From positions 1 through 64,000 of the forward strand of contig KZ538237.1 in NCBI GenBank assembly GCA_000934665.2: DNA of 64,000 bases, written 5' to 3'. The DNA comes from Catajapyx aquilonaris (taxonomy: Eukaryota). This document shows positions 36,601-51,200 of the stretch, one piece after another. The translations under genes were made by a program, and so were the position numbers. The notes beneath the pieces were generated by a model. That model worked only from the letters and a program-made list of their open reading frames with translations, did no database searches and was not told the origin of the DNA. The stretch's first letter is position 1; every line of letters begins with the position of its first letter.

Positions 36601-39600
36601 GGGGATTAGTGGCCGTGGGCGGAGTGGAGGTAGGGAGGAAAGAGGATATAGAGATGGGAGGAGGATGGGTGGTAGGGGGGTTGACTTCAAAGGGCCCGAC
36701 GCAGCGTAACGAGATGAAGGAGGATCATCTTTCGCAGGCTTAATAAGGCTCGACTGGAGGCACCCCCGGATGGGAAATGCTATGTACCTTCAAGATACTG
36801 ATTGACTGCGAAAAAAAAATTTCTGCGCACTTTGGGAGGCCATTTTCTCCTGGCTCCAAAAGAGGAGTTAAATCCCCACTTCCCACACCCCCCCATGTGT
36901 TTTTTTTTTCGAAAATTCTTTTGTAGATCTCACCCAGTCTAGCTTTCTTTTTCTCCTCCCTTTCTCTAAGGAGGTTTAATTAAATCCAGCGAATCCAATC
37001 TATCTTGTCAGACCCCCCCAAAAAAAGGGGGGGGGGGGGATTCAGACTGAATTTCTTTCAGGAGAATTTCAATGAGATTCATTCAAAGCCTTGATTGTTC
37101 TGCAAGAAGTTATATAGCCACTGAAATGCAATTGTACGAAACGCAATAAAGATTTGATATTCAGCTTCTATACGTATGTATATTACCCTTTTACATAGTC
37201 CATCAGTTTGGTAAAAAAAATTTACCTACAGATACAATCATGCACTGTACCTCATACAGCATTTCATACTGAATGCATGCACATTTCAATAGCTAATAGC
37301 GATAAGCCGAGCGATATGTACTGTATAAGCATTGAGTGGAATATCAGTCGTCTCTTTTCAGAGCAAATATTAAATGCATATAATTCCTCTAAAATGGCAC
37401 GGAAGCATGGGAAGATTGCCACCTGAGATGGAACAACCTTTTGTTGGAAGCCACATATATAGACCTGTCGACAGTCACCATAGGCGATCCCCATTTGGCA
37501 AGTTGATTTATTTTCATTCCGTACATGTGCAGTTTTCGGTCTGATTATTTGATGAATGGTCTTCTGTCACTCGCTCTTGTCAGTAGCTCCTTTTAAAACG
37601 GCAATTTGCCAAAATTGTGAAGGGCAGAGGTTGTGAAATGTGCTGGTTACATTTTTGAACCTAGCAATTGCCTGCAAAAATTAATACCATCTAATCTTGC
37701 TGGGGACAAAAAAAAATCTTTAAAAAAATGTTCACAATAATACCCTGACAGGAAGTGCGGATTGTGTGACTGTCACCGGAAGCCAGCTCCCATAATATAG
37801 TCACGTTTTAAGCGCATACTACCGGCCATTTGCATTTTCTACACGTCAATTGACACTCACGAAAATCATAGGCTGACCAACCAAAATGAATGCCCCTTTT
37901 CTCCTTCGTGTACAACCTATATAGGACTAAGGGCTTGTTTTTTAAGTTATTTTTTTGGGCTTTTATATCGCACACTAAAACCTCATTAGGCTGGAAATTG
38001 TCCGTGCTGGAAGCTTGGGAGAGCAATTTCTGGCTGACATGCTAGAGAAGAAAAGAAAGTGTTTCAACAGCCTTGGGCTATTAACTTATGCCACTTGGAG
38101 GGTACTTAGCTAAAGGAAGTATCGTGTTAGGGGTATAGTGAAATGGAGGGATTGGAGACGCGGAAAAAAATGAAAAAAATGGGTATTCAAGAGCACGAAC
38201 TGATTTCAGAGATATAAGCTTAATAATCTAGACCTGTGTACATGCTGCTGGGGTGGATTGTTTTTAATGACACGAAACTAAGCCATTAAGATAGGCGAAT
38301 ATGATGACAACGTCCGAAGGGTTAAATGATAAGATATTGTATACATGGGGGAAGGCTCACAGACATGCGGAGGGCTATGAGAAAATTTTTTACTCTAATG
38401 TGAATAGTATGCTTTATTAGTACATGATTCAACACAATTTATAGGATAACATGTCTTCTGCCGTACGTAATTCTATACAGTATGCTGCGTAGATATCGAA
38501 ATATTGAGTTTTAGTGTCTTTTGATAGCGAATAGCAAAGTTGGAATATACCAGCTTTTTCCTATTGGAACTGCGAGAAAAGTAGGCATCGAAAATCTGAG
38601 GGCCAACTTGTTGCTGATCTTATTTGATAAAGGGCAAATTTAATTACTGGTAAGCTAATGAACGGCTGTTTTTCTAGTGCCGTTTACATTGCCTATACCA
38701 AAGTTGAAGTGCATGTATCCGTATGGTAACAATGGTAGCTTGTTTTTTTTTTTTGCCCCTTAGCGTGCTGTAATTCACTTGCGGCATACTTCACCCTGGG
38801 CATTTCTGCACGCTTGTACAATAATAAATAACAAGGTTTGAAGCCTAATTTTAGACGCAGCAATCACAACGTTATTAATGCTCCGCCAGAAAATGGTCGG
38901 ACATCCTAATTAGCCATCACTCTGAAATAACCGATTTTCTAATGTGTATGCCAACCCGTACCCAACAATTTAGTGCAAATTGTTGTAAGTAATGCGAAGA
39001 AAGCAGGTGGTCATTCATACCAAAAAAAAAGCCATGGAATGAAACACTTCGATAAAGACATTTTCCGAGTGCAGGTCAGGTTCTGGACTATCATCAGAAA
39101 AGAAAGAATCTCCCTCATCCCCTATCCACCTTCACCCCACTTGGTAGAGAACATAACTCAAAGTCAGTTCTACGTAAGTGGAAGGCCTCCTGCAGACCAG
39201 CATTAGGGCCACAAATGAAGATGAATCGCCGAGAACGGGTTTTTGTCAGGGCCACGAGCAGCTGGTCGGCCACGTGGAGTTGTCAGCCATCTTAGTTGAC
39301 ACACTCCATAGAATCTTCTTCAGTTGAGAAATAGTTAATCGGATTTAATGTAAGTTGTATATACTGTGTAGAATAGCATTTTGAGGACTTTGCAAGTTGA
39401 ATATAGCAGAAATCGTTAAGTACTGTGTACGTGATATAGTCTGTGCATGTGTATTGGGAGAACAGTGTTTCATTAGCAGATTTTGTAGTTAGTTGGCTCG
39501 ATATTTTGGCATGAAACCTGAGAGTAGACTTAGCCTATGGCGTTACAAAGTCAAGGGAAGCAAATGCAGCGTTATGTTGTGTTGAAATGTCAGAGTCAGA

Positions 39601-42373
39601 GTCTCACTTTGTTGTTATAGGTGCTGTATGCAATATGCAGTTCGGGTATGGTTAGCAGGCAGTGATGGATATCTTGACTTGGTAATATAAGGAGAAAGTA
39701 ATTAGTTCAGATTTATGGGCCCTCTGCTAATAAACATGACTATGCTGATAATATTTATGAGTTTAAGCAATTAAAGTTTGTAGCGTCTGGTACTAATACT
39801 GAATCTTTCTATCAGTATAGTTGTGGTGTTAAATGCATTGTAAAATAAATGTAACGAAATTATTCTGCCTGCGATGTTCCAAATTAAAGCAAAGAAGCTA
39901 GGCCTATACTTTGCCCAAAATAAACACATATATTGGAAATAGCTGGTAGTCAAAAGTAAAGAGGATAAATACTCGAGCCAGGTGGATCTACGTATATGTA
40001 TGTGTTTTAATAGAGCCTTTAAGCTGTGAAATCAAGGCAGCACAAGTGCACTAAAGGTGGTATTAAATAGAGCCTTATTAGGAGAGATCCATCACCTTCA
40101 AGAATCCGCCAATTCAAGCCTTGCTGTATAGTTTACGCTGTAGTCATACTTCTGTGCGAGAGATGAATTTCTAAACGATCTCGTAATAAAGTGTGTTGTG
40201 GACATTTGACGGCCCCTTTACGCTATTGTATGATGCAGGTAGCAGTACAGGGTGTCCTTAATGAACCTCCCTAGTTTCAAAGAGCGGCAAAAAATTGAAG
40301 TGTATTTAAGGTTTTTGTTTAAACAGTCTAGAGTCACAACAAGTATCATGAATTTTTGAAATGGTCTATGTGATGCAGTGGTGCTCCTGTGGGGGGTGCT
40401 GTTGGAAGATGCAAACATAGTATCTACGGAAGGAAAAACACAAGTTATGCGGTGGTTACCCGATCACAGAAGTGCTGGACATGCTTAAAATTTCGAGTAT
40501 CCACAACTCCAAGACAGAGTAGGCTATGCAACTAAAGTGGTCAGCCCAAATAATAATGTGTCCTCCATCACCCCTGACATGACGGAGAGAACCTCGGAGG
40601 AGGAAGATTATCGGCGTAAAATAGTGATTGCTACTACGTGGAAGGCTACTGATTTTTTTTTTACATAAACTTGATGAATGTACCTTCGCATGTGTACAAT
40701 TTCGACACAATCGTCCAGTAACTTGCGTAATGGTAGCAAGTTGAAACTTGGGAGGTTCATTGTGGACACCCTGAACACTTTTTAAAGGTTTCTTTAATTA
40801 CGGTACATACTATTCGATCTCAGCACTAAGAATTTGCATAATAGCCATAGTCTAGTCAGGTGTTTATTTCTCATCCAAAATGCAAATTCCATAACACTGA
40901 ACGATTTAAATAAATGTTTTTGAACACCATGATTGTACAACTTTACAGGCTACATCTGGAAAAAAAATAATTCAATAAAACATTACCCTCGTACGCATAA
41001 ATTATTTTTATTTAGGATTTTCTCCCACATATTATCCAAACGTAAAAATCAAACAGCTGTATATCCCAAACACATGGCATTTTCACAGCGCCTACAGGGC
41101 CGGTAAGTGAACCCATTTTATTACCATGTATATAAAAATACACAGCAAAAAAATGTGGGAAAAAACTAACATCCAGTCGTAGGGAGTAGAAGGATGATGG
41201 TCGGGCATGAGCAGCAGACAGCGCGGGCATTGATTTCCCGCTTGGCGTTCCGGACATTGCAGATGCACAAGGGGGGGAGGGGGGGGGAAGTGGGGGGGAG
41301 GGTATTTTTTTTTCTTTTTTCCGGGGAAGCCCCGCCTCCACAGCCCGGATGGCTGGGCGGCACTTTCCTACAGCCTGGCTCCTGATTGGGTGAGGGGAAG
41401 GCACAAACCAAAAAATTTTGGGGACCCGGGCGGGGGAGGGGAGCATTTTTTTTAAAAAAGGGGGTGTGGGTGAGAGTTGGGTGAAAAAAATGCGGGGCTC
41501 AATATGGCTTCGACTGAATTGTATATACGGGCCAGGTTCAAAAAAATTTACAGGATATATTGTTTTGAATTTTTTTGCAACAGTGTTTTTTTTTGTGAGG
41601 GGTGTTCTTTAGGTCCCTACCCTCTTTTGGAAGTAACCACACTCCCTGCTGTGCACATGTGAGGACCGCCACCGAGCCCCTGGGTGTCAGCAGGGGGCTA
41701 ATGAGGAAAACCCCCTCTCTTTTTACCTCCATAAAAAATTGCAGGTACATAAGGTAGAAAATGCAACGTTGTCCATGTATATATAGACAACCCCAGTTTC
41801 CTAGGGGCATCCCAGCCTATTTTCCTGAACCTCCTTATTCCCCAAAGCCCTTAATGTGATTGCTCAACACGGGCACTTGCTGCTGCACTGCAAGGTTNNN
41901 NNNNNNNNNNNNNNNNNNNNCCCCCCCCCCCCTTTCCTCCCCCCTGCTCCCCACCGCCTGCTCTCTACTTCCAGCTCCACAATATATCCAATCTTCTGCC
42001 CCTCCACCTACCCACCCACTTCTTCAAAGGTTCTTTGAATTATTAGGCCTCTGCCCAATTTGCCTATGCCAGGTAAAAAAATTAATACAGGTGTGTCTAT
42101 AGTAAAAGTAACTGTTCAATAGATGCGACAGTAAGCTCTAGCTTCTTGGAGCCTGCGATGAAGCCATTGCTGTTTTCTGTGAATCATTTATGAGGCAGTA
42201 TGCTGACTGTGAAAGCAAGCATTCCCTAGTCACAGCAGAGTCCGACTCGTGGCTCACGAATGCAAGGTTTCCTCAGAGGGAATAAGCCCGACATTATCAT
42301 TCAAGCTGAGAGCAGTCCTGCCATATGAAAATGGGAAATGGTATAGTTGAACCTGTGAAATGAGGATGGCAGG

Positions 42374-42429
42374 AACATGGCGTCACCCACGTGGTGGGTC
42401 ATGACCCACCACGTGGGTGACTCCATGTT
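42374..42429. repeat. 56-bp spacerless palindrome
   Basis: aacatggcgtcacccacgtggtgggtca|tgacccaccacgtgggtgactccatgtt, one mismatch. Confidence 0.92.
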
Positions 42430-43009
42430 TGGTTAAGGCACCAACTTTGAGGATACAATAAGCAAATTTTGTCCAAGATGGTACATTATAGTCTTCCAGA
42501 TAATGCATATGGGTTTCCGGATTACCACTGAAGCTTCTATATGTTCAAATGTATGCTTTTGGAGCAACAGCCAAATTCTCACACACAAAAAAGAGCAATA
42601 AGTCCGAGTTAGATGGCTCACCGTTGTCCGCATATTTTTCTTCTGTGGCCCCAACATTTTCCCCGGACATGTCAGACCACAAACTGCCTATTGTTAACTA
42701 CAAAATTTAGCGCAGTTAATATCGCTTAATGATGATTTCTGGCCTACCATCCAGGCAAATTAGCCTGGATGTTGCCTTTTAATAATATAGACGGTGAAGT
42801 AGAGGGCAGTGATAGGACAGGAGTGGAAATTCCCCTCCCCTCCACCTCTCACACTCCCCCTTTCCCACCATCCCCTCCCTCCCCTCGTTTTCTGCAGGAG
42901 AGATGCTAGGGCTTGTTGGGGCTGCCAGGGGCCCAGGGGATGTAACCATGGCGACGGCCAGGGAAGCCCTGCTTGCGCGCCTAAGTAAACGAGGTAAATA
43001 AATTCGCCA

Positions 43010-43013
<4 letters not shown>

Positions 43014-43070
<57 letters not shown>

Positions 43071-43073
43071 GGG
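43014..43073. repeat. (GA)n microsatellite followed by a poly-G run
   Basis: Direct reading of the sequence. Confidence 0.95.
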
Positions 43074-45140
43074 TAGGGGAATTGGAAATTCGTCTTGGGC
43101 CCTCAGGGCTACGGACTAATGAATGACCCGGATGGATGTTTGAACAAGAAACGTGCTTAAATATTAGAGAGAAAAAAAGCAACCTGCTGAGTATAAAAGA
43201 TAGCATGGGTGGATCTAGGAAATTTTCAAAAGGAGAAAAGGGGAAGTTTACATATGGACGTTCGGTTTCGGTTGTTCTGGGGGAGTGGATGGAAGTAAAG
43301 CAAATGTGTATAGGTGAAATTTTAAAATCCATTCAGTGAGTTGTTTGCTTATAGGTCATTTTTATGACAAGTTTCATGGCGATATTGTATGTTATAGTGA
43401 CATTCACTGCTCTGTGTCGTAACATCCTACCTTTGAAGTAACTCTTGAGTCTAAGCCAATAAAAAGCGTGCTATCTACCAATTCGCCAATAAGTTGTTGG
43501 TAACTCGCTTTGACAAGAGTGTTTGCCACAGAGTAACAATAAAAAGCCTTTGTACGATATTACCTGTATGTTCGCGGTATAGTCAAAGTGGCAAAATGAC
43601 CAGCCTTATTTCAATCTACAGTCTCGTGCTATAGCGATTTATAGAATACCTTCTGCTTTATTCATTTACTGTGTGACATGTAGTGATGGTGTAGCCTTTC
43701 AGGTTGTGCGGTTTCATGGCATGAAAAAGGCCGCACGTGGTCTCTTTGAATCTTTGATGCGAAAGGCTCTAAAGCAAGGTATCAGGTATATTCTATCTCA
43801 GCCCTTGTACCCTGGAACCTGTTTTAGGCGACTGCGCAGGTTATAGTTGGAGTTGAAGAAAGGCCTTTATGTACACACGATAAAATGTTTTTAAGCCGCA
43901 AAACTTGGTGCAGTATTATGTACTATAAACAGCTAAATTGTTAATATTTAGGAAAATTACATATACTTCTGTAAATGTGGAAATTGTCATAAAATATTGT
44001 AGGAGATCGCATGATATAGGCCAGATCTTGCTAAGGATAGCAATATACTTACGTGGAGAAACCCTCAGATCATAACTAATTTTACAGAAGGCCCGGAAGC
44101 AGGAAGCTTGTGCCTTCCATCTTTGATTTGCCTCAGGAGCAGCCCACTATGACTATATATTTTCGGTAATCTACCTCTTTTTCGTTCTCTTTCCCCCCCT
44201 TGTTCTTCTCCCGGTATCCAGGGCAACGGCTCAGCGAAGCCTTTGCGGAAGGATGACTGCAAAGAATTCAAAAGGATGAGACAAATAGGGCGCCTTGGGC
44301 CACCAATCGGGAAATGGCTGCCATTTCATCATGTAATCTACTGTAAATCTGGATCCTCACAGAGAAATGCCGTCCTCAACTTTCAGAGTGCATTAAATTC
44401 AAATATCTTGAAAAAAATAGTGTTATGCAGTACCGGTATTCAAGGGTCCGTTCAAGCTCAGAGGGCAACGCTGACCCTTATATTAAAACCATCCACCATC
44501 TAAACCCAAACCCAAAATAAGAATTTATAACAAGAAGCGAAACTGCCTGACAATATACTATTGTAATATTATATACATATATCAGTGTTTTGCAATTCTC
44601 ATCAACTTTTCCCCCCTCTTCCAAACCTCATATTTCTATATACTCACAGAATTGCAGGAGACAGGAAATTGACATGCAATAATTTGATAACATTACACAA
44701 TAATTATGTTTGTGCAAAGTAAATGGGCTATTTGGAGACTGACTCAAGTAGCGGCTTTCCTGAAATTTCCTCTACTGAGAAGGGGTTAGCGGTGGGGGTG
44801 GCAGAAGTAGGGTGAGGTAGGCAGAGATGGGGGTGGGTTGGAGGGTTGGGTTTTGAGGAAACCGCCGAGGGAATCCTTCCGGTAAATTTGGCCAAGAGGT
44901 CTCAGGCTGCTTGGCTAACCAGGATTATGGCTGACGCCCAACAGGATCACCACAACGCTTCGCTGCACACTTTTGCCTTCCGATCCAAAGACTGCCTGCT
45001 TGGGATTCAATTTATCTGTGTGGAATCAACGTCGACTTTCCTTCTTCTCTTGGGGTTCCATCTTCTACCAAGGAGCAATCCTGCAAAGGGGGAAGAGAGA
45101 TGGCCTTATTATGAGACACTGCGCTGGGGGAGGGGGGGGG

Positions 45141-45186
45141 NNNNNNNNNNNNNNNNNNNNNNNNNNNNNNNNNNNNNNNNNNNNNN

Positions 45187-45249
<63 letters not shown>

Positions 45250-45270
45250 TATATATATACGTATATATAA
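45141..45270. repeat. Assembly gap (N, 45141-45186) followed by (AT)n microsatellite
   Basis: Direct reading; another N run lies at 41898-41920. Confidence 0.95.
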
Positions 45271-48200
45271 TATATATTCAATTTTATGAATTGTCTACAC
45301 TAATGTCATTGGGATGTAGCATCACGTAACCAGATTATTATTGCTATTCTTGGACGGCGTTTGGATCTGCCTGATTTAGCGGCACCTTGTCTATACATTC
45401 TGTATTGGGATAAATTGCATTCTAATGCAGCTGCAATGAGGAGAATCTCGCGGGGAAACCAAACCCATTTGCCGAGTCTTGCGGCAGAATACTAAAATCA
45501 CTGTCTTTATACACAGCATGTGCTACTGTAGTGTGGAGCAATGTCCAAGCTTGAAAGGTCACGTTTGGTCGTCATATAGTCTATCGCAATTTATTAGGCT
45601 GTTTTTTTTGCGACAAAGCGACAAAGTTGGTCGATGAAGTCAACTATCCAAGTCCATTTCCTACAACTTTGTGCAGACAGTATAATGTGTTTCATTTTTT
45701 TTTCTCTAAAAGTTATAAGGAGGGATTGACAGATTTCATGATGTTTTGCGTATTATTGCACCTTGCCCCTCCCAAAAGTTTCTAAAAGGCGGACTTCCTG
45801 TTTTTGTCATTTCAAGTCAGCTGTCACGATAATGGCAAAAGTTGTCCTCGTTCCTTCCGTATAAATATTCATACTTTTCCCACCTTTTGGCACCAGTCAG
45901 CTTCCTGTTGAGCAGGTGCAATCTTCCAAAGTTCAATTACGACTTGTAGTTACTGTAACGGCAAGAATGTACTAAACTTTTTCTTCTTCTGAACCGTTCA
46001 TATATATCGTACATTGACAAATCATTTCCACCAAAAGTGTAAACACCGTTTTATTATTACGACAAAAAAAACAATTATTATGCAAAGGATGATGAAAGGG
46101 TCCACCGAAATATTTTCTAGGGTGTCGCAAGCCATCGTCTTTTAATCAGTTTCGGCTCCTTTATCGACAGACACTCCTTTTCTGTTTTTGCGACTCTGAA
46201 TAAGAAGGGTGGAGGGAAGAAACGTCAGGCTTCCGACAGTGACATATTCCAGTAGCATTCACCAGGAGTTGACGTCCCTTGGATATATGTATTTTTTTAT
46301 ACTTATCTATATTCTCGTTTGCCAGCCAAGTCTCCGCACATTTTTGTCATGCAAAAGACGGACTTGGGCTCTTTCATTCGCTAATTAATCAAACGTTAAC
46401 AAAAAAAAAAGGCGAAGAAAGTGTGCGGGAGGAAAATAATCGTGAAGGAGAAGACGGCTTGATGGGAAGGAAGAAGGGGGGAAAAAACAATAAAGGCTAA
46501 GGGAATTAAATCTCGTAAGATTCTATACGTATACTGTACAGGGAAAATATTTGAAATTCTCAGAATTGCACACACTAAAAAAAATAATCCGGTAGTTGAT
46601 TAATAGGCTAAAATTAGCAGGCATGCCAACTGGATTTTTCGTTTTTTGGGTATACAGTGGTGTGTTTTGCACGCGATTATTCATAAGCTAAAAATGCATT
46701 TGCATGAGAACCGGCAGAAGAAAAAGGGTCGTATATAGGAATGGTGGTGGTTGCAAAAAACTTTTTTTTTTCTTTTCCTGTATATTTTCTGCTGAGGTGG
46801 AAAAGTAGAACAGGGGGCTCATTCTGCCTCGCTAATGTTGTTGCCACTCCTTGGCCTGCATGCAAATGGAGATAAGGACAATTTGTCATGGGCCAGCGAA
46901 GAAGCTGCCGCCCTGCCCTTATATCCCTATCCAGCTCACATCTTCTCTTTTTTTTCCTCTTTTTTTTTGTTAGTCTCTATGGCTGGCACCCAATCTCATG
47001 CTTGACATAAGGTGTTGTATGCTGGTGGGTCTTTCGTGGCATTTTGGAAAGGTGACCTTAGGTGAAAAATGGACGTGAAATTTCTCGGCCATCAAGTTGC
47101 AAGTTATACGTTATTGGATGATTATGAGAGGTCACAGAAGTTCATTCATTGAAAGCATGCTGAGAATTTTACCTTATTGGTAGCAGGCAAAAACGGAATA
47201 TTTGAATGACCCAATAGGACAGCAGCATGGGGTTGCAGATTTGTACCTTTTCATCTGAATTAGCTCCACATAATTATACATCTCAATAATTAAGGACTTA
47301 TTTATACGATGCTGATTCTATAAAAATATTTTGTTGATGTTGTTGGGTAAGCTCTGCCCGTCATTAGGGTTAACCACCCATGACGTAATAAAATTATTAT
47401 TATTATTATTAGATTCTATAAAAATAAAATGACTATAAAAATTTCAAACTTATTACCTGCTGATTTTATGGGCTATTCAATTGTTTTAGGCTTAGTTAAT
47501 GGAGCATGACCTCGTTTGAGGTCAGCAGAGTATATGTGACCTTTCGTTAAAGTGCGCCACAACTGTTGGCGCAGGATATGCAACGGCAGGTGTTCAGTGA
47601 GAAAGTCGTGCGGTAATTATAAATCTTTTTCCTGCCGATCCGTGAAATTGTGCGCAAGACTCCAGAGGGCTTGGAATTCCCCAGGTAACCAATGACGCAA
47701 ATTTCTGCAGATGAAGATCTGTATCAGGTCTTTTTTTTTCCAAGGGGCCTTGAGTGTTGTCTTGCCCGAATTATTAATTGTTAGAATAATTAGCGGCGCG
47801 GAGGGAAAGTAGGGGAAGCAAGAGAGGAAGAAAAAGTAGCATGACGTATACGCTTTGCTTCCTCTACCTAAATCAAAGGGAAAATTGGCTTTCGTATGCT
47901 ATACCTGTTTACTTCCTGGCTGTTCAAGCGTGCCTTTTCATACGCCGCCCTTATAAATCATACGGCCTCATGCGATTCCCAAATCCACGCAATTTGATCC
48001 CTATAGTCTAAGAGAAAAATCTACTGAAAAATCGGTTAACGGTCACGTAATGGTATCGTTATGTTTTTATATGGGGTTGGTGCAATTTGGAAGGAAAAGG
48101 CTGTCGAAACTTGCTATTTCTCAGGCCTGTGCCATGTGTTTATTTCACATATGATGCAAGAAGCGTCCATCCGGGCACTTGGCGGCCATTTTTTTCATGC

Positions 48201-51200
48201 CAACAGCTCGAGATGTGGGGGTATCAAACTTTTCTCGCACCTACTGTTAGGAAGCAGTTGGATGTTGAAAGAGGAAGTTTGGTTAGTCTGGAAGCTAACG
48301 AGCAGATGGGTGATGGGGCTTCCGCTTTTAAAGAAAGCGCCAAACCCGCCTGTTTAGCACGATTACCACCGGACATTGTCCATTCATCTGCGGCTGACGA
48401 GCGTGCCAAATCCTCTCTGCTACAGTGTAGGCATCTATTGGAAGGGTGAGGGATATGAATAACCTGTCAGCTAGAAGTATAATAGGTGTAAAACTGCGTT
48501 GCTCACTCATACAGTACGTGCAGACTGTGCAGTAATTAGGCTTGTATATTGAAAACAATGTAATGATATGAAACTAGCTAATTTGAATTTTTTTGACGTT
48601 CGTCTTAACTTATCATATTTTGCCATAAACACGAAAAGTTTGGACACAACAAAGTGCGTGATCCCCCCCNTCCCCCCCCCCCCCCCCCGAAACAGGCACG
48701 TTAAAACGTGTCAGCGAAAATACGAAACGAAAGTTGAAGGACACATTTTGCACCAGAAAACCACGAATATGTACCCTATATGACATACCGTACATGTATA
48801 TGTTATCTTTACATTCTTAAGTGTCACGCGAAACGTTTTGGCGTGTGTCTTTGCACAGAATAATATTAGGATATGCAATGTGTCATATCATACGGCACAG
48901 AGTATACATTTAACAGAAAAGGCGTTGGTGAGATTGACAGGCACGTTTTTGTGTCATACAGTATGATGTCTAGAGTTTTGTGTTGAAAGTGTGTCCGTTT
49001 TGTGTGTATTGGGAATGACATGTACGTATATATTAGGGAACACCTTGACCAGTGATTACATGATCAATATTAAATTTCTTGATCACAATACTTACATCTT
49101 CTGTATACTTTACGGTGTCCGTGAATGAGTGTAAAATGAGGCGCTAGAACGAATCTAATCGTACTTACGACAGGCAATTCATTTATTTATTCCTACATCA
49201 CAGTAGCAACGTATTTTCCACTAATTTCCACTCGTTTGTTTGTTTCACAGGTGGAAAATGGATACACTAGTAATAATATCTGACACCAAATAACACAAAC
49301 CCTTTGTATTCCCTCTTCATGATAAGCATTGGCACAAAACAACCGTAACACTATTATATATAATATATTTACATCCTCGTTTACAGCAAAAATTATAAAT
49401 CGGAAAATTTCATTACATATTTCTATCCATCACAATGCACTAATAAAAGTTCAAATTATGGACGTTACAAGCCGCAAGAGAGTGATGAAAACAATATATT
49501 AAACAGATGCTCGCATCCAGCTCTTCTGTTGAACATGATTAGTTTCGTGCATTTCTGTTGGAAAATTCGCCCTGTAATTTAAACTGCTGCTTACTATGAA
49601 TGTTGTTCGTGGAACGTGGGCTGTGTAAACAGACACCACAGTATTATAGTGCATGAAAATTGCAATTACTTTGCGGTTTTTCTTGGGGAGAAAGCCCGCA
49701 GTCGATATAACTGTGTATAGAGCGTACATATCTCTTTCATATATCTTTTTTGAGGTAGACCAGGATCAGAAGCAGGGAGAGGTTATTAACTGTTTTCTAA
49801 ACACGATATTAATATTAATATAATGTCGGCTGCTCAAGTTGTACAGGTTGTCAAGATATACGTAGGCGCCTCCAATCAAATTGTGAAATGCACGTGCACG
49901 AGACCATGGTATAGAGACGATAAAAAGGTTAACCATAGAGGTCTTTTATATTATTCTTTTTTGCATTGGCGACATCGTGCGTAATTTATATCGTACATTG
50001 AAGAGTTGAACGTCAGCTACACTACAATATAATTATGACATAAATAACTTATTTTCAATATGCTCATGCAAGTATATTTCAGAGGAGTCATAATACCAGC
50101 ATCCCAATAACTGTAAAAATTACTGTTTAAACCGTGTCTTAATTTCCTTCCATATTTTAAAGGCGACTTCTCGCCATCCATACTATTGATTACAATGTTA
50201 ATATGCAGGGCCATGCTCCTCATGAAAGTGAATACTGTTTGTTTTGCAAATTTTAATGACAATATTGTTTTTATACATCCGTCGGGAATTGTAAGCCATA
50301 CAAAGTAGCCTACCTAAAATTTACAGTTACTCTATAAATAAAAAATAGCACTTAAAAATACGCTAACACTTCTTGTACTAGGCCTACATAGAATATATTA
50401 AAATTCACCTCTCGATGTCATGGCTGGCTAATTTTCCCCTCCAAGTTCTCCAAATAAATTTCTCTATATATTGAACCTGTATGTTAATCCAGAGTTAAGT
50501 GCGATGTCACACTGCATACTGGTGCATACAGTTGATGCTACTATAGTGAATCTTTCGTCACATCATAGTGTTGGTGACATACCAGCAGTTTAGTGGTACC
50601 GGTAAAACTTGCAGTTACTGAAGCACTTTTGAGACACCCTGTGAACAGAATGGGAAAGCAGGCCTTTTATGCTCGGCTGAAGGTGTAGACACTGACAGAT
50701 GGGTTTAAGTGGCGAGAAAAATTATCTGGGCTGATCCCGTCTCCGCCTATATTCCCCCGCCCCTCTCTCCTATAAAGTTAAGTTTTGCAAATCGGATGCA
50801 TGAGAAGCGTTTAGGGCAAGAAGAAGAGCCTATCACTTAGTCGCCTAGGAGAATGCAATTATCTTTTGCGATGAGCCAGCAGCGGGCTCCAGGCCTAAAA
50901 TAGGTTATTACTTTCCAGCGCCTTGTCGAGTTATGCGAATCACAAAGGAGGTCTTGATTATAGCCCTTCGCGAAGGGAAATGTGTGCCCTAACCGGCCCT
51001 AACTGGCTACTCTTCTGCAGCACAATCAAAATGGCTTCTTGATGCGTGGACACGTGACAGTAGTGGTTCACAGGGGACTAGACAGTGGGTCTTGTAGGCA
51101 ATGGGCCATCATGTATTCATGATGTGGAATCGCACTCCAAGAAAGTCTTTAGTAGCCTACTGTTTTTTTGCCCTCTAAAAATTTTAAGCAAATTTTCAAT

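Noticed and set aside
42760..43332. 190-aa ORF
   Set aside because: It is held open by the (GA)n and G/C runs; low complexity.
48087..48449. Possible exon ending at a GTGAG donor (~48446)
   Set aside because: No clear acceptor, partner exon or homology.
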